64,000 nt of DNA. Origin: Octopus bimaculoides (lineage: Eukaryota). The position numbers were made by a program, and so were the translations under genes. Position 1 is the stretch's first letter; every line of letters starts with the position of its first letter. Location of the stretch: contig NC_069006.1 of NCBI RefSeq assembly GCF_001194135.2, forward strand, positions 23,601,713 to 23,665,712, written 5' to 3'. Positions 52,652 to 64,000 of this stretch are shown one piece after another. The notes beneath the pieces were generated by a model. The model saw only the letters and a program-made list of their open reading frames with translations, searched no databases and was not told the DNA's origin.

Positions 52652-53170
52652 TCTATGCATATATGTATGTATGTATAAATATTTATATATATATATATAT
52701 ACACACACTGTAGATACCTGGTACTGTTTATTTGTAGACGCTGCTGCCTGCATGTTGCATTATTTCGTCTCTGTTGTTCTTGCTGCTGCTGTTGCCGTTG
52801 GCGACAATGACGATGATGCCTTCACCAAATATCTGGCTTAACTTTAAAATCCCTCTCAGTTCCGTTGTGGCTGTTGACCATTTATTTATTTATTTATTTT
52901 TGTATATATATTTATTCATTTTGTTGTTGGCTGTTATTATTATTATTATTATTATTGTTATATTTTATTTTTATTCTTTGTAAATTTATTTTTGTCTTTG
53001 ATTTATTTCTCCCTCTCTTTCTCTCTCCCTCCCTCCTGATTTCCCCCTCTTCCCCACCACCCCTCCTTTTTGGACAAGTGTTTCATAGATATGATCGGGT
53101 TTGTTTTAACTCTACACGAGCGTGTATGATTGTATGTGTGTGTGTATGTATATGTATATGTGTGTGTGTG

Positions 53171-53235
<65 letters not shown>

Positions 53236-53519
53236 GGAGAGAGAGAGACACACACATGCATATGCACACGTGTGCATATATACTTGCATATGTGTTGGAT
53301 TGGCTGCATCCATAGAGCGTGAGACAAAATGCCATGCAATATTAAGTACTTGTTCAGAGTTCAAATATTCCACTGTGGTCAACCTTGTTTGCCATCTTTC
53401 CTGGCTTCATAAAATGAAGTATCTGTTGAGGACCAGCGTCGAATAACTTGCCTAATGCTTTGTCTAAACATATGGCATGACCTGACCTGACCTGGCCTGA
53501 CCTGGCCTATGTCAGAACT

Positions 53520-54210
53520 CATCCTTGTAAGGTGGCGGTGTAGCAGAATTGGTGGAGCAGTGAACAGAATGCCTTGTGGTGTTTATGTAAGTCCCTTTAC
53601 ATTCAAATACAGCTAAGATCAACTTTACCAGTCATCCTCCTGGGTCACTAAACCGCCTGTTAAGTATACTAGGGTTAGTGTAATCAATTAACTCCTTCTT
53701 CTCAAATTTATGGTCTTGTTTCTCTAGTGGAATTATTATTATTATTATTATTATTATTCGAGGTGGCGAACTGGCAGAATTGTTTGCACGCCAGACAAAA
53801 GACTTAGCGGCATTTCATCCGTCTTCTCATTCTGGGATCAAATTCTGCCGAAGTCGACTTTGCCTTCCATCCTTTTGGGGTCAATAAAATAAGTATCAGT
53901 TGCATACTGGGGTCGATCTAATCAACTTAATCCCTTCCTCCAAATTGCTGGCCTTGTGCCAAAATTTGAAGTCATCATCATCATCATCATCATCACCATC
54001 ATAATCATTGTTATTATTATTATTATTATTATTAAGATGGCGAGTTGTAAGAAGTGTTGAAAGGCAGTGCTCCAGCATGGCCACAGTCAAATGACTGAAA
54101 CAAGTAAAAGAGTATGCTGGGAAAAAAATGCTTAGTGGCATTTTGTCCGTCTTGACGTTCTGAGTTCAAATTCCATCAAGGTCAACTTTTTATGCCTCTT
54201 AATTTTGGTC
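53520..54210 (+). mobile_element. Head-to-tail chain of family C SINEs plus a family A 3' end
   Basis: Heads (aggtggcg..ctggcagaat) start right after (TTA)n tails at about 53760 and 54035. Confidence 0.7.
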
Positions 54211-54253
54211 TGCAAAATTCGACTTGTATGCTGGAAAATACTGTATTTTTTCT

Positions 54254-54301
<48 letters not shown>

Positions 54302-56533
54302 CAAATCTGTTTTAAGGGCTTTGTTTATTTCTTTCTATTCCTTAATTTTTCTTTTATTCATCAAAGAACAAAGGGAGAGAGAATTCGAATAGGGGCTAGA
54401 TTTTTTTTTGTTTTTGTTTGCTTTTATTTTTCAACGAGCACACTTAGTAGTGTAAATTTTACTTCACAAAATCCTCGGGGGTTTCTCGTTACCCCCCCAA
54501 AAGATATTTCTCTCTGAAAATTGGCTTCATGCTTCAGTGATCTTGTGATTTTCTTCATTCGTGGTTGTCTTAATCTGTCTTGTTTTTTCAATTTATTTCC
54601 CTGGCATTCTTTTATTTTATTATCTCTTTTTTTGTTTCTTGACTTTTCATTGTCTTTTTACTCAATCCATCTTACATTTTGTTGTTGTTGTTGTTGTTGT
54701 TAAAGGTAATTAATTGGCTTTGTTGAGGTTTAATAATGAATATTTAATTTGTTGTTAATAAGATAATAATTTTTCAGGTTATTTTTTTGTTGTTGTTGAC
54801 AGACCACAAGTTGGCTCCAGTCAAGCAGAATTATGATTTAAGGTGTTCCAACAAACTATTCTGTCTTTACTTTTCCAGACATAACGTGCCTTAAGCTATA
54901 TTATCTAACGAGTCTTATGTATGGTTTGATGGATATTTAGCTGTTGTTTCTAGCAGGCTGACTTAATATGTAGATGTTCTCTTGTTGACCCTTATAGAAA
55001 CACCCTACTTTTGTTTTCTAACTTTGCAGCTATTTTAATTTTTTTTTTCGGTAAATTCAAAATAAAATTCTCAAAACTGTAATAAGAGATGGCAGCCTTT
55101 AGCGTTAAAACACGATTTCTATCTTGTTAATATTTATACACTATCTATATTGTATTACTGAATATTCTGTAATGTATGTAAACTGACACTGTAACTTTCC
55201 ATAAGGTATGTTTATAAATCAGAATAATTTTCCATAAGGTGTGTAAATATTTCTATAACTTTTTCAAGATGTGTGAATGTATTCTTGCAAATTTTTCTAA
55301 ATTTTGAAAATGTATTCTTCTAAATGTTTGTAAATTGTGTGATGATTGTATCATTGTAGTTTTTCTGTATTTGTGACAATGTACACCTGAAAATTTCAAC
55401 ACGATCATCACCATGCAATCTGCTCGATATACTGTATACAATCACCACCCAATACTATAGCACAACTCACACACCACATACTCTACATAGCCACCACCCA
55501 ATACTGTAACACAAACCACACACTGCTAACATCACATGCGTACGTGCACATACTATACATCCTGTACTATCACTATTCAATACTATGATAAATATCTCTT
55601 AAATCACGCCTCTTTTACTCTTTTACTTGTTTCAGTCATTTTGACTGTGGCCATGCTGGAGCACCGCCTTTAGTCGACAAATCAACCCCAGGACTTATTA
55701 TCACTATGCAATACTATCTCTCATGATGAGATTAATGATAATAATAATAACAACAACAACAATAACAATAAGATCTGGAAATAGTTAACTTGAATGTGGA
55801 GCCTAAAAACAGAAAGAATTCCTCTGTAAACAATAAAAGTTTAAAAAAGGAGGAAAAAAAGACTCACCTTTCTTAGTTTTTTTTCCTTTGCTTTCCTTCC
55901 TTCCGTTGTCTTCCAGTGTGTCTTTGAGAAATGGGAGTCTTTAACCCTTTTGCTACCATGTTTCTCTTGGTATACGCTACCATTGTTTCAATTATTTTTG
56001 AAAGGGGTGAAGAATTTAGTGAAATAATTGTCATTATTCAGCTGGTGTTTAGAACATAACTCAACATGGAATTTTTTATAGTAGGTGTTAATTTAAAACA
56101 CTTCAAAAAGGGTAAGTTTGTACCACAGACCTAGGGTTGGCTGCTTGGATCTTCATCTACTTCCATCCTCTGTGAGGTAGTGTAGCTGTTGTTGTTGTGG
56201 GTGGTGGTGCTGTTGGTTAAATGTCTTTTTTGTGTCTTTCTGATGCCAACAGGTGGTAATAGTGTCATCCATGCTGACAGGATATCACCCAGCAATGGTC
56301 TCATGTTTTTTTTGCTAAGGTTTCAGAAAATTTGTTAGTGATTTTTTTTTTTGTCTTAAAAGAAAAAAAAAAACTAGGTAGAAATCCTCCCATTTCTGCT
56401 GTAAATTAGAAATTAACAATCATTAAAATGATAAGAGTGTGTGTGTGTATGTGTGTAATATAGATAAATAGCAGTGTGTATGTGTCTATCTTCCAACATA
56501 CAATGATATAATATAGTGATATGTATGCCTGCA

Positions 56534-56567
<34 letters not shown>

Positions 56568-56676
56568 ACACACACATTCAGGTGTTTAAACAGGAGATAA
56601 AGTACTCTCTCTCATATATATCTCATAGTTTATTGGTTCAAAGTTGACGATTCAGTCTATTGTATGCTGATGTGTC

Positions 56677-56740
<64 letters not shown>

Positions 56741-57150
56741 ACGTACACATTCCTATGTCACAGTAATTAGCTTGATGAAAACCTATGAACTTTTATAATC
56801 ATTTTGTTTTTATTTCTTTACTTAATTCTTTTTCTTGTCTTTTTTTTTCATGACTTATCTACATTGTACAAGTTATAAAACTTAAAAAGTCTAAGATGTT
56901 GCCAACAACAACAACAACAACAATAATAAAATTAATCTAATTGTCATTTAACATTCGGTTGCCTTGTCTATTTGGTACTCCTTCGTCCTGGGTGGATCTT
57001 GAATCTTAAAGCTAATGGTTAAAAAAAAAAAAAAATTGCAAAAAAAAACAAACAAAAAAAACCCAGCCCAGTAGCAGCAACGACATCACCAACAGTAACA
57101 GGTTTTTTTGGTCTTTTTTTTCTTCTGAAATTTCTATCTTGCATTATATA

Positions 57151-57206
<56 letters not shown>

Positions 57207-58548
57207 GTATGTATGTATGTATATATGTATGGCTATATAATTGGAATGACAGGCATCTTGGCATCTAGTCTTTTCTTTGGTATGGTTTATATTTTGTATT
57301 GGGTCTTTTGTTCGTCCTTGTTTGTTTGTTTATATATTTTTATTATTGTTGTTGTTGTTGTTTGACACCCAGGCTTGTCCCGATCGAATAGTCTTCATTT
57401 TCATTTTTATGGCTTTGTTTGTTTTCAGTCGTTAGATTGTGGCCATCCTGGGGCACTGCCTTGGAAAGGTCTAATGGAATAGATTGAGCCTACTGCTCAT
57501 TGTATAGGACTCTTTTTTTTTTTGCTGAACTGCTAGGTTACAGGGATGGAAACAAACCAACATTGGTTGTCAAGTGGTAATGGGGACATGGGGACAAACA
57601 GACACACACAGTATTATTATTATTATTATTATTGTTATTTACCTGAACCGCCTTCATAAAAAATAAACTGATTTAGCAATGTTTATATATCATTTGTTCT
57701 ATTTTTTGTGCTGGTTTTTAAGGTTCAAATCCAACCTTGGACAAGCAGGTAGCTCTAGTATGGCCAGAATTGGAGACTCGGGGTCTTATTTTATATTCAT
57801 ATATGTATTTTACTATTTAAACTGGTGGCGGTGGGGCAGTGCCTCTAGGTACTCTCTTTTCAGGTCCTTGTAGATGTGTGTGTGTGTGTGTGTGTGTGGA
57901 ATGATTGAAATAGCTGAGTGATGCTATTGGAGTTTGAACACTTGAAACTCGGCATCAGAACAGAAGACACAAAGTAATGAATGTGGTGGTGAAGATGGTG
58001 TGTGTGAAGGGGATAGAGGCTGATGTTGGAGTTTTCAGTGGGAGCTTCAGTTTTAGAGGAAGACGGAATGGTGGGGTTGAACGAGTGTTTAGTGCAGGAT
58101 CTCTTGTATGTAGAGGAGGAGGTGTCATGCAGTAATGGTATGAGACTAAGCAAAATATATCAGTACATCCTGTTATTTATTGATCTTTCATCTTGTGTAT
58201 ATTTATCTATTGATCTACTCACACACACGCAAGCTTCATTTATTAATTATGGTAATCTCTGTCAGAAGTTAATTGTCACTGATTAGAAATTGCTTTCGTA
58301 ATTCTTTGTTAATCAATATTTTATCGTAGTTTTGTGTGTATGCATGTGTGTATACATATCTGTGCGTGTGTTTGTGTGTGTGAATGTATACATGTGTGTG
58401 CATGTATACATATGTGTGTGTATTCATATGTGTGTGTATTCATATCTCTGTGTGTATTCATATGTGTGTGTGTGTTTTTTTTTTCATTGTTTTTATTGTT
58501 ATTTTTCCAATGTAATTTCTATTTATTTTTTAAAAAATTATAATTCAG

Positions 58549-58665
58549 GCCCAAGAAGATGCCGAAATATTGAAATCTGTGGTTCTTCCGTTGGAGGAAG
58601 AAATAAAACTTCTGAAAAACAAGGTTCAAGAATCTGATGATAAAATAAAAGATTTAGAAAAACAG
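58549..58665 (+). CDS. RABEP1: Rabaptin-5 exon (AQEDAEILKSVVLPLEEEIK...DKIKDLEKQ)
   Basis: ttcAG|...|GTAAGA, 117 nt, phase 0-0; matches human AQEDAEKLRSVVMPMEKEIAALKDKL. Confidence 0.95.
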
Positions 58666-59499
58666 GTAAGAATTCCTCTATGCTTAATTTTTTTTTTTCT
58701 TCATACTGGTTCCAGCGAATAAGTTTTGGCCATGCTGGAGCACTTCGCCAAGTCTGTTTGGGCTGACCAAAGCATTGTGAGTGGATTTGGTAGATGTCTG
58801 TGTGTGTTTGTGCCTCCTCATCTTGAAAGTGTGTGATAGTTGTAAATGAGTGTCACCCTCATACAAGCAGTGTCGTTGGTGTTTGGGAGGGCATCAAGCT
58901 GTAGAAAACCCTACTAAAACAGACAATAGAGCCTGATGTAATTCTGCAGCTGGTCAGCTCCAGTCAAACCGTCCAACCTGTGTCATCATGGAAAACTGAC
59001 ATTAAATGATGATGATGTCCAATACAATCAACCAATGAAGTATCTTGTTGCTGTGGTTGTAGCCAGTACTACGAACCAATGAAATACTTGTGTGTTTCTC
59101 CAGTTGCTACCACTTCTTAACAGTGAATTATAATTTATGCCTTACTCAAGTGCCTACTTGGAATTAAGTGGACTCAACTCTTGATAGTTAAGTGTAGAAG
59201 GAAAATGTCGTTTGTAGTCTGCATCTGAGGCCTGTGGAATCCAACCGAAGGCTGCTTGTGATGACTGTAATACATTATGTATTGGAGGTAGTCGATGGCA
59301 GAATCAGTAGAGTGCCAGGCAAAATGCCCTGTGGTATTTAATTATGCCATTTTATACTGAGTCCAAACCCTGCCAAAGTCAACTTTCCTTTTGTTATTCT
59401 GGTGGCGGTGGTGGCATTGGAGTATTAGTAGTAGTAGTGGTGGTGGTAGTAGTATCCTTGTGGTGACTGTGGTGTAGTAGTATTAAGTATCAGTCAATA

Positions 59500-59590
59500 T
59501 CTGGAGTTTAAACAATTATAGTCCCCTCTTGCAAATTTGCAGCTGTGTAAGTTAGAATCATCACATTATTACTATTATCATTATTATTAC

Positions 59591-59638
<48 letters not shown>

Positions 59639-60030
59639 GGTGGCAAGCTGGCCGAATCGTTAGCATGCTGGGTGAAATGCTTAGCGGGGTTTTGCCTGTT
59701 GCTGTGTTCTGAGTTCAAATTCTGCCGAGGTTGACTTTGCCTTTCATCCTTTCGGGGTCGATATATGGAGTTCCAGTGGAACACTGGGGTTGATGTAATC
59801 GAGTAGTCCCCTCCTCCAACATTTCAGGCCTTGTGCCTATAGTAGAAAGGATTATTATTATTATTATTATTAATAATACTATTGTGAAGGCGGTGAGCTG
59901 CCAGAATTGTTAGCATGATGGACAGAATGCTTCGTGGCATTTAATCCATCTTAGAGGTCATCATCATCACCATCTAATGTCTATTGTCCATGCTGGCATG
60001 GGTTGGACGGTTTGACCAGAGCTGGTGGGC
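59500..60030 (+). mobile_element. Head-to-tail chain of family C SINEs
   Basis: (TTA)n tails followed directly by new heads at about 59637 and 59888. Confidence 0.75.
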
Positions 60031-61012
60031 TGCACCGGCATGAATATATGTATGTATGTGTAAAAGTATGTATGTATATATGTTTGAACCTAATGATGTT
60101 ATAAAGTTTTGTTGGTCACAATGGGGGAACCACAAATCACTGAGTTAATAGGGCACTAGGGAACCAGCCACGGGGAGCACAGGTTTAGAAGGGGCTCATA
60201 TCTTGTCATGAGCATTGCATCATGTCCATGACCAAGACACTTAACTCTTAAGGGTTTGGCCCACTTAGCTCCAAGTAGGTACTTCACTGAGCTGTATAAA
60301 GTCACGATAACTCCCTTCTCAGAAGTGGCAACATCATGGAATCGAACAAGAACTGGTTGGTAGTGTTCTCTACTACAACAGCAGCTGTGGAATATCTTTA
60401 GTAGATCTGTGCACAGTTTCCAGGTTGTCGTCTTTCTTCCATCCACTTATTATTATTTTTATTATTAGCAGCAGCAGTAGTAGTCGTTAATATACTCTAA
60501 TTTTTAGTGGTCTGTATGCATGAATGTGTGATGTGAAAGTGTGCTCGATAAGGAAAATAAAACGTTAGTGGGCGTTTGATGATGGAAATGTGCTTTGCAA
60601 ATCTGCGATTCTTGCTTCAGTCCTGCTGTGTTGTACCATGGGTAAGTGGCTTCTACTATAAACCCTAACATGACCAATGCTCTGTGTGTGTGTGTGTGTG
60701 TGTGTATTATAACGTTTACCTTGTAAGTTTGTCATGCCAGGTTCAATCCTTGTGTGTGGTATACCGTGACTATGTCTTCTATATCCTTGGGCCTACCAAT
60801 GCTTTGTGAGTGGAATTGAGCAGTAGCTACAAGAATTGGCATAGAGGGGTGTGGGTGGAACATCACTAACAGTGGAATTAATTGATAATAGTAATAATAA
60901 TAATAATATTAGTAGTGACTACAAGACACTAATTAGTATTGACTTTATTAGTTTCTTGACCTTATCTGTTCTTTAAATGATGTCATTTAATATTTTTCTG
61001 CTTCTTTTTTAG

Positions 61013-61114
61013 TTGTCAGATATCTCCGTGGATGAAGCCATGGCTAAAGTGTACGATACGAAAAAATCTCCTTCTTTGCCTGAATTTGATGAAAATATTG
61101 ATCCTGATGAGAAG
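61013..61114 (+). CDS. RABEP1: Rabaptin-5 exon, 34-aa linker (LSDISVDEAMAKVYDTKKSPSLPEFDENIDPDEK)
   Basis: Long polypyrimidine tract ttAG|...AAG|GTGAGT, 102 nt, phase 0-0, open. Confidence 0.8.
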
Positions 61115-61156
61115 GTGAGTGTCTTTTGTTTCTGTTTTCAGCTTGAGTGCCTTCAG

Positions 61157-61278
61157 TTTTCGCCTCGAGCGCCTCCCACTTTTGCCTCGGGCACCACCCG
61201 CTTTTGCCTCAGGTGCCCCCCCCGCATTTGCCTCAGGCACCACCCACTTTCGTCTCAGACGCCTCCCACTTTTGCCTC
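61157..61278. repeat. 22-bp GC-rich minisatellite running into a gap
   Basis: gcctc anchors end at 61166, 61188, 61210, 61234, 61256 and 61278. Confidence 0.85.
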
Positions 61279-61874
61279 NNNNNNNNNNNNNNNNNNNNNN
61301 NNNNNNNNNNNNNNNNNNNNNNNNNNNNNNNNNNNNNNNNNNNNNNNNNNNNNNNNNNNNNNNNNNNNNNNNNNNNNNNNNNNNNNNNNNNNNNNNNNNN
61401 NNNNNNNNNNNNNNNNNNNNNNNNNNNNNNNNNNNNNNNNNNNNNNNNNNNNNNNNNNNNNNNNNNNNNNNNNNNNNNNNNNNNNNNNNNNNNNNNNNNN
61501 NNNNNNNNNNNNNCATATCAAGTCTATGCTGTCTTCTGTTTTCCATGATCATATATTTTTTCAGTTACCATCATAGTTTAGACTGGTGCACATTGTGCAT
61601 TTGCATGTTTTCCTTGCCTGTAATTGAAGTAGATGGTGAATGTGCTCTGGAATAATCATTTAAAGATATTTTTGTTAAGTGTTGTTATTGTTTTTGTTGA
61701 AAAAAAAAGCTGCAATAATTATGCACCAACCCAATAGTAGTAGCTAGAGTTTTAGGGTTCCAAGGTTTTTTTTTTTTAATTTTTAAAGAGGACACACTAC
61801 TTTTTTAAAGAGGATAACAAGGTTTATTTTTGTTTAGATTTTATTTTTTTTATTCGTTTAAATCTTTTTTCCAG

Positions 61875-62010
61875 ATTCAGCAACTAATGAAATATCTGAA
61901 AGCAGAGAAATCTTCACGGACAGATCTAGAAATGTTTGTTGCCGTTCTTAACACACAGAAGTCCGTTCTACAGACTGAAAACGACACATTGCGTACTGAG
62001 CTGCACGAAG
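61875..62010 (+). CDS. RABEP1: Rabaptin-5 exon (IQQLMKYLKAEKSSRTDLEMFVAVLNTQKSVLQTENDTLRTELHE)
   Basis: ttccAG|...|GTAAAT, 136 nt, phase 0-1; close match to human AEKSCRTDLEMYVAVLNTQKSVLQ. Confidence 0.97.
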
Positions 62011-62527
62011 GTAAATATACAGGAAGTGAATTCCTAACATTGCCACATGGACATGGGGACACACAAACACACACACATACACGTGATATTCACAAACCAG
62101 CAATGTAGCCTTCATGAGGTCACTCAACATGTTAGAAAATAGCAACCAAATTTCTCTAAATTGAATGTAAAACCTTAACCCTTTTGTTACCATCTTGGTG
62201 TGTTTACAGTTTGGCAAAAGAGACCGATAAAATAAGTACTAGGGGTCGATTTGTTTGACTAAAATCTATCAAGGTGGTGCTCCAGCATGGCCAGAGTCAA
62301 ATGACTGAAACAAGTGAAAGAATATACATGATGGGCTTCTTTCAGTTTCCGTCCACCAAATCCACTCATATGGCTTTGGTCTGTCTAGGGCTATAGTGGA
62401 AGATACTTGATCGAAGTGTCACGCTGTGGGACTGAACCCTGAACCATGTGGTTGGGAAGCAAACTTCTTACCTCACACCTACACCTGTACTTATTTAGAA
62501 ATCAATATTTAGTTACCATTTTAGTTA

Positions 62528-62749
62528 CCCTTTTGTTACCATATTTCTATTGAGATGCTCTGTGTTTCTTTTAATTAATTTGAAATATAACAAAGAATTT
62601 AATAAAATAACTTTGTTATCATTCAGCTAGTGTTAGGAACATAAATTGTGACTAAGGTTTGGTGGAAGATTTTAATTCAGAACTTATGAAAACAAGACAT
62701 TTGTACTGCAGAGCCAGAGCCGGTTTCAGCTGGGTTGGTATCAAAAGGG
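62528..62749. mobile_element. piggyBac-like MITE; related copies near 51085-51320 and 55945-56130
   Basis: TIR CCCTTTTGTTACC ... GGTATCAAAAGGG with degenerate TTAA flanks; the 55945 copy is preceded by TTAA. Confidence 0.6.
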
Positions 62750-62812
62750 TTATTGAGAGTGAAAAAATGTTTTTGGTTCCTTGTTTTATATTTTGTTTTG
62801 TTTGTTTAATAG

Positions 62813-62971
62813 TTTGTCGAATGTTTGAAGACGAGAAACGCGTTCATAATGATTTGAAGCGTACCTGGCAGATGGCTAACGACCAGTTCCTTGAGTCTCA
62901 AAGACTGATGATGATGGACATGCGCCGGATGGAGAGTGTATTAACAACAGAACAACAGCGGCAGATTGTAG
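62813..62971 (+). CDS. RABEP1: Rabaptin-5 exon (VCRMFEDEK...TWQMANDQFLESQRLMMMDMRRMESVLTTEQQRQIV)
   Basis: aatAG|...|GTAAGT, 159 nt, phase 1-1; matches human TWQKANDQFLESQRLLMRDMQRMEIVLT. Confidence 0.97.
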
Positions 62972-63104
62972 GTAAGTCTAACTTGGACTACTAGTCTTGT
63001 TGTAACATGAGCTGGTGGAGGAATGAATATTTTCACAAACATCATCTGGCTTGACTTATTGTTAATGTCTATCTATCTGCCGATCTAGAATACTGGCTTT
63101 CTAT

Positions 63105-63755
63105 TGGTTACCACATTGAGGGTTCTAGTTAATCCAATTAATGGAACAGCCTGCTTGTGAAATTAACATGCAAGTGGTTGCGTACTCCACAGACACATGT
63201 ACCCTTAATGTAGTTTTGAGGAAAATTCAAGGTGACACAGAATGTGGCAAAGCTGGTCCTTTGAATTACAGGTACTACTCATTTTTGTCAGCTGAATGGA
63301 CTGAGGCAATGTGAAATAAAGTGTTTTGCTCAAGAACACAATGCATCACTGGGAGTTGAACTCACAAGGTTACGTTTGTGAGCTGAATGCTCTAACCATT
63401 AAGCCATGCGCCTTTACCACACACAAACATTTCACTGGCATTCCATTAGTTATGATGACGAGGGTTCCAATTAATTCAGTTACCAGTTGAGCCTGTTCAT
63501 GAAATTAACATGCAAGTGGTTGAGTACTCCACAGACATGTGTACCCTTAATGTAGTTCTCAGGGAGACTGAATGTGACACAGAGTTTGACAAGGCTGTCC
63601 CTTTTGAATTATAGGATACCATTCATTTTTGCCAGTTGAGTGGACTGGAGCAAGGTGAATAAAATGTTCTTGCTCAAGGATACCACATGCTGCCAGGAAT
63701 TGAACTCACGACCTTACGATCATGAGCTGGATACCCTAAGCCCCAAGCCATGTTC
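63105..63755 (-). mobile_element. Two tandem family B SINEs filling most of an 878-nt RABEP1 intron
   Basis: Two colinear copies about 335 bp apart. Confidence 0.8.
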
Positions 63756-63849
63756 TTTTACCAGCCATCACCATATTTGGTGTCGGCTGGTCCACTGTAT
63801 TACCTCTGAGAGTAATGCTATGTGTGTTTGTCTTTTTTGTGTCTTTTAG

Positions 63850-63954
63850 AACTACAGCAGAAAGATCTGGAACGAGATGCTCAGGAACGGCGAGTTAAGG
63901 AACTCGAAGAAATGAGAGAGAAGCAACAACGAGAACAAGAACAGAGACGGAAAG
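63850..63954 (+). CDS. RABEP1: Rabaptin-5 exon (ELQQKDLERDAQERRVKELEEMREKQQREQEQRRK); gene continues past the window
   Basis: ttttAG|...AAG|GTTTGT, 105 nt, phase 1-1; charged coiled coil in frame. Confidence 0.88.
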
Positions 63955-64000
63955 GTTTGTTTGTTTGTTTATGGTTGGCAGATGTTGTTATTTTTAGTTG

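Larger units (their letters stand above)
2064..61513. other. Assembly gaps (N runs), e.g. 3558-4012, 7232-7331, 20626-20985, 30548-30738, 33139-33614, 48387-48853, 49923-50916, 52125-52381, 61279-61513
   Basis: Directly visible; most abut microsatellites or tandem repeats. Confidence 0.99.

Noticed and set aside
53476-53510. (TGACC)n resembling nuclear-receptor half-site repeats
   Set aside because: Simple pentamer repeat deep in an intron with no other support
57941-58160. Purine-rich ORF (MLEFSVGASVLEEDG...) as the missing RABEP1 exon
   Set aside because: No ENLE-like similarity and no convincing phase-compatible splice sites
1006-58637. Dozens of ORFs rich in YIYI, CVCV or HTHT
   Set aside because: Translations of (TA)n/(TG)n/(CA)n microsatellites with no coding signal
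770-63755. tRNA-like A/B-box sequences
   Set aside because: They are SINE heads attached to repeat bodies; no complete cloverleaf tRNA gene could be supported

Overview
AT-rich, microsatellite- and SINE-dense eukaryotic genomic DNA with many N gaps. The repeat families and gene content point to an octopus (coleoid cephalopod) draft assembly; this is inference. Two protein-coding genes lie head-to-head. (1) A profilin on the minus strand (CDS 21748-22146, 132 aa, no coding intron, 10 Cys) has a coherent predicted TATA/Inr promoter, a 5'UTR intron and an upstream CRE/CCAAT. (2) The 5' part of Rabaptin-5 (RABEP1) on the plus strand has 10 phase-compatible coding exons from 32972 to 63954 (about 394 codons) and continues beyond the window; one exon abuts an assembly gap. 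The rest is mostly tRNA-headed SINEs (called A-D here, my own labels), CR1 and RTE LINE relics, hAT- and piggyBac-like MITEs, fold-back elements and tandem repeats. Best leads: an EFGPL (GAE-binding-type) motif at the extreme N-terminus of Rabaptin-5, the Cys-rich profilin and its linkage to RABEP1, an orphan NRF1/RFX/ETS-like motif cluster at 26.3-26.85 kb, and dsRNA-forming structures next to RABEP1 exons. Almost all other ORFs in the track are microsatellite or N-gap artefacts. No prokaryotic-type system (CRISPR, operon) is present. Repeat boundaries are approximate and comparisons to human sequences are from memory.
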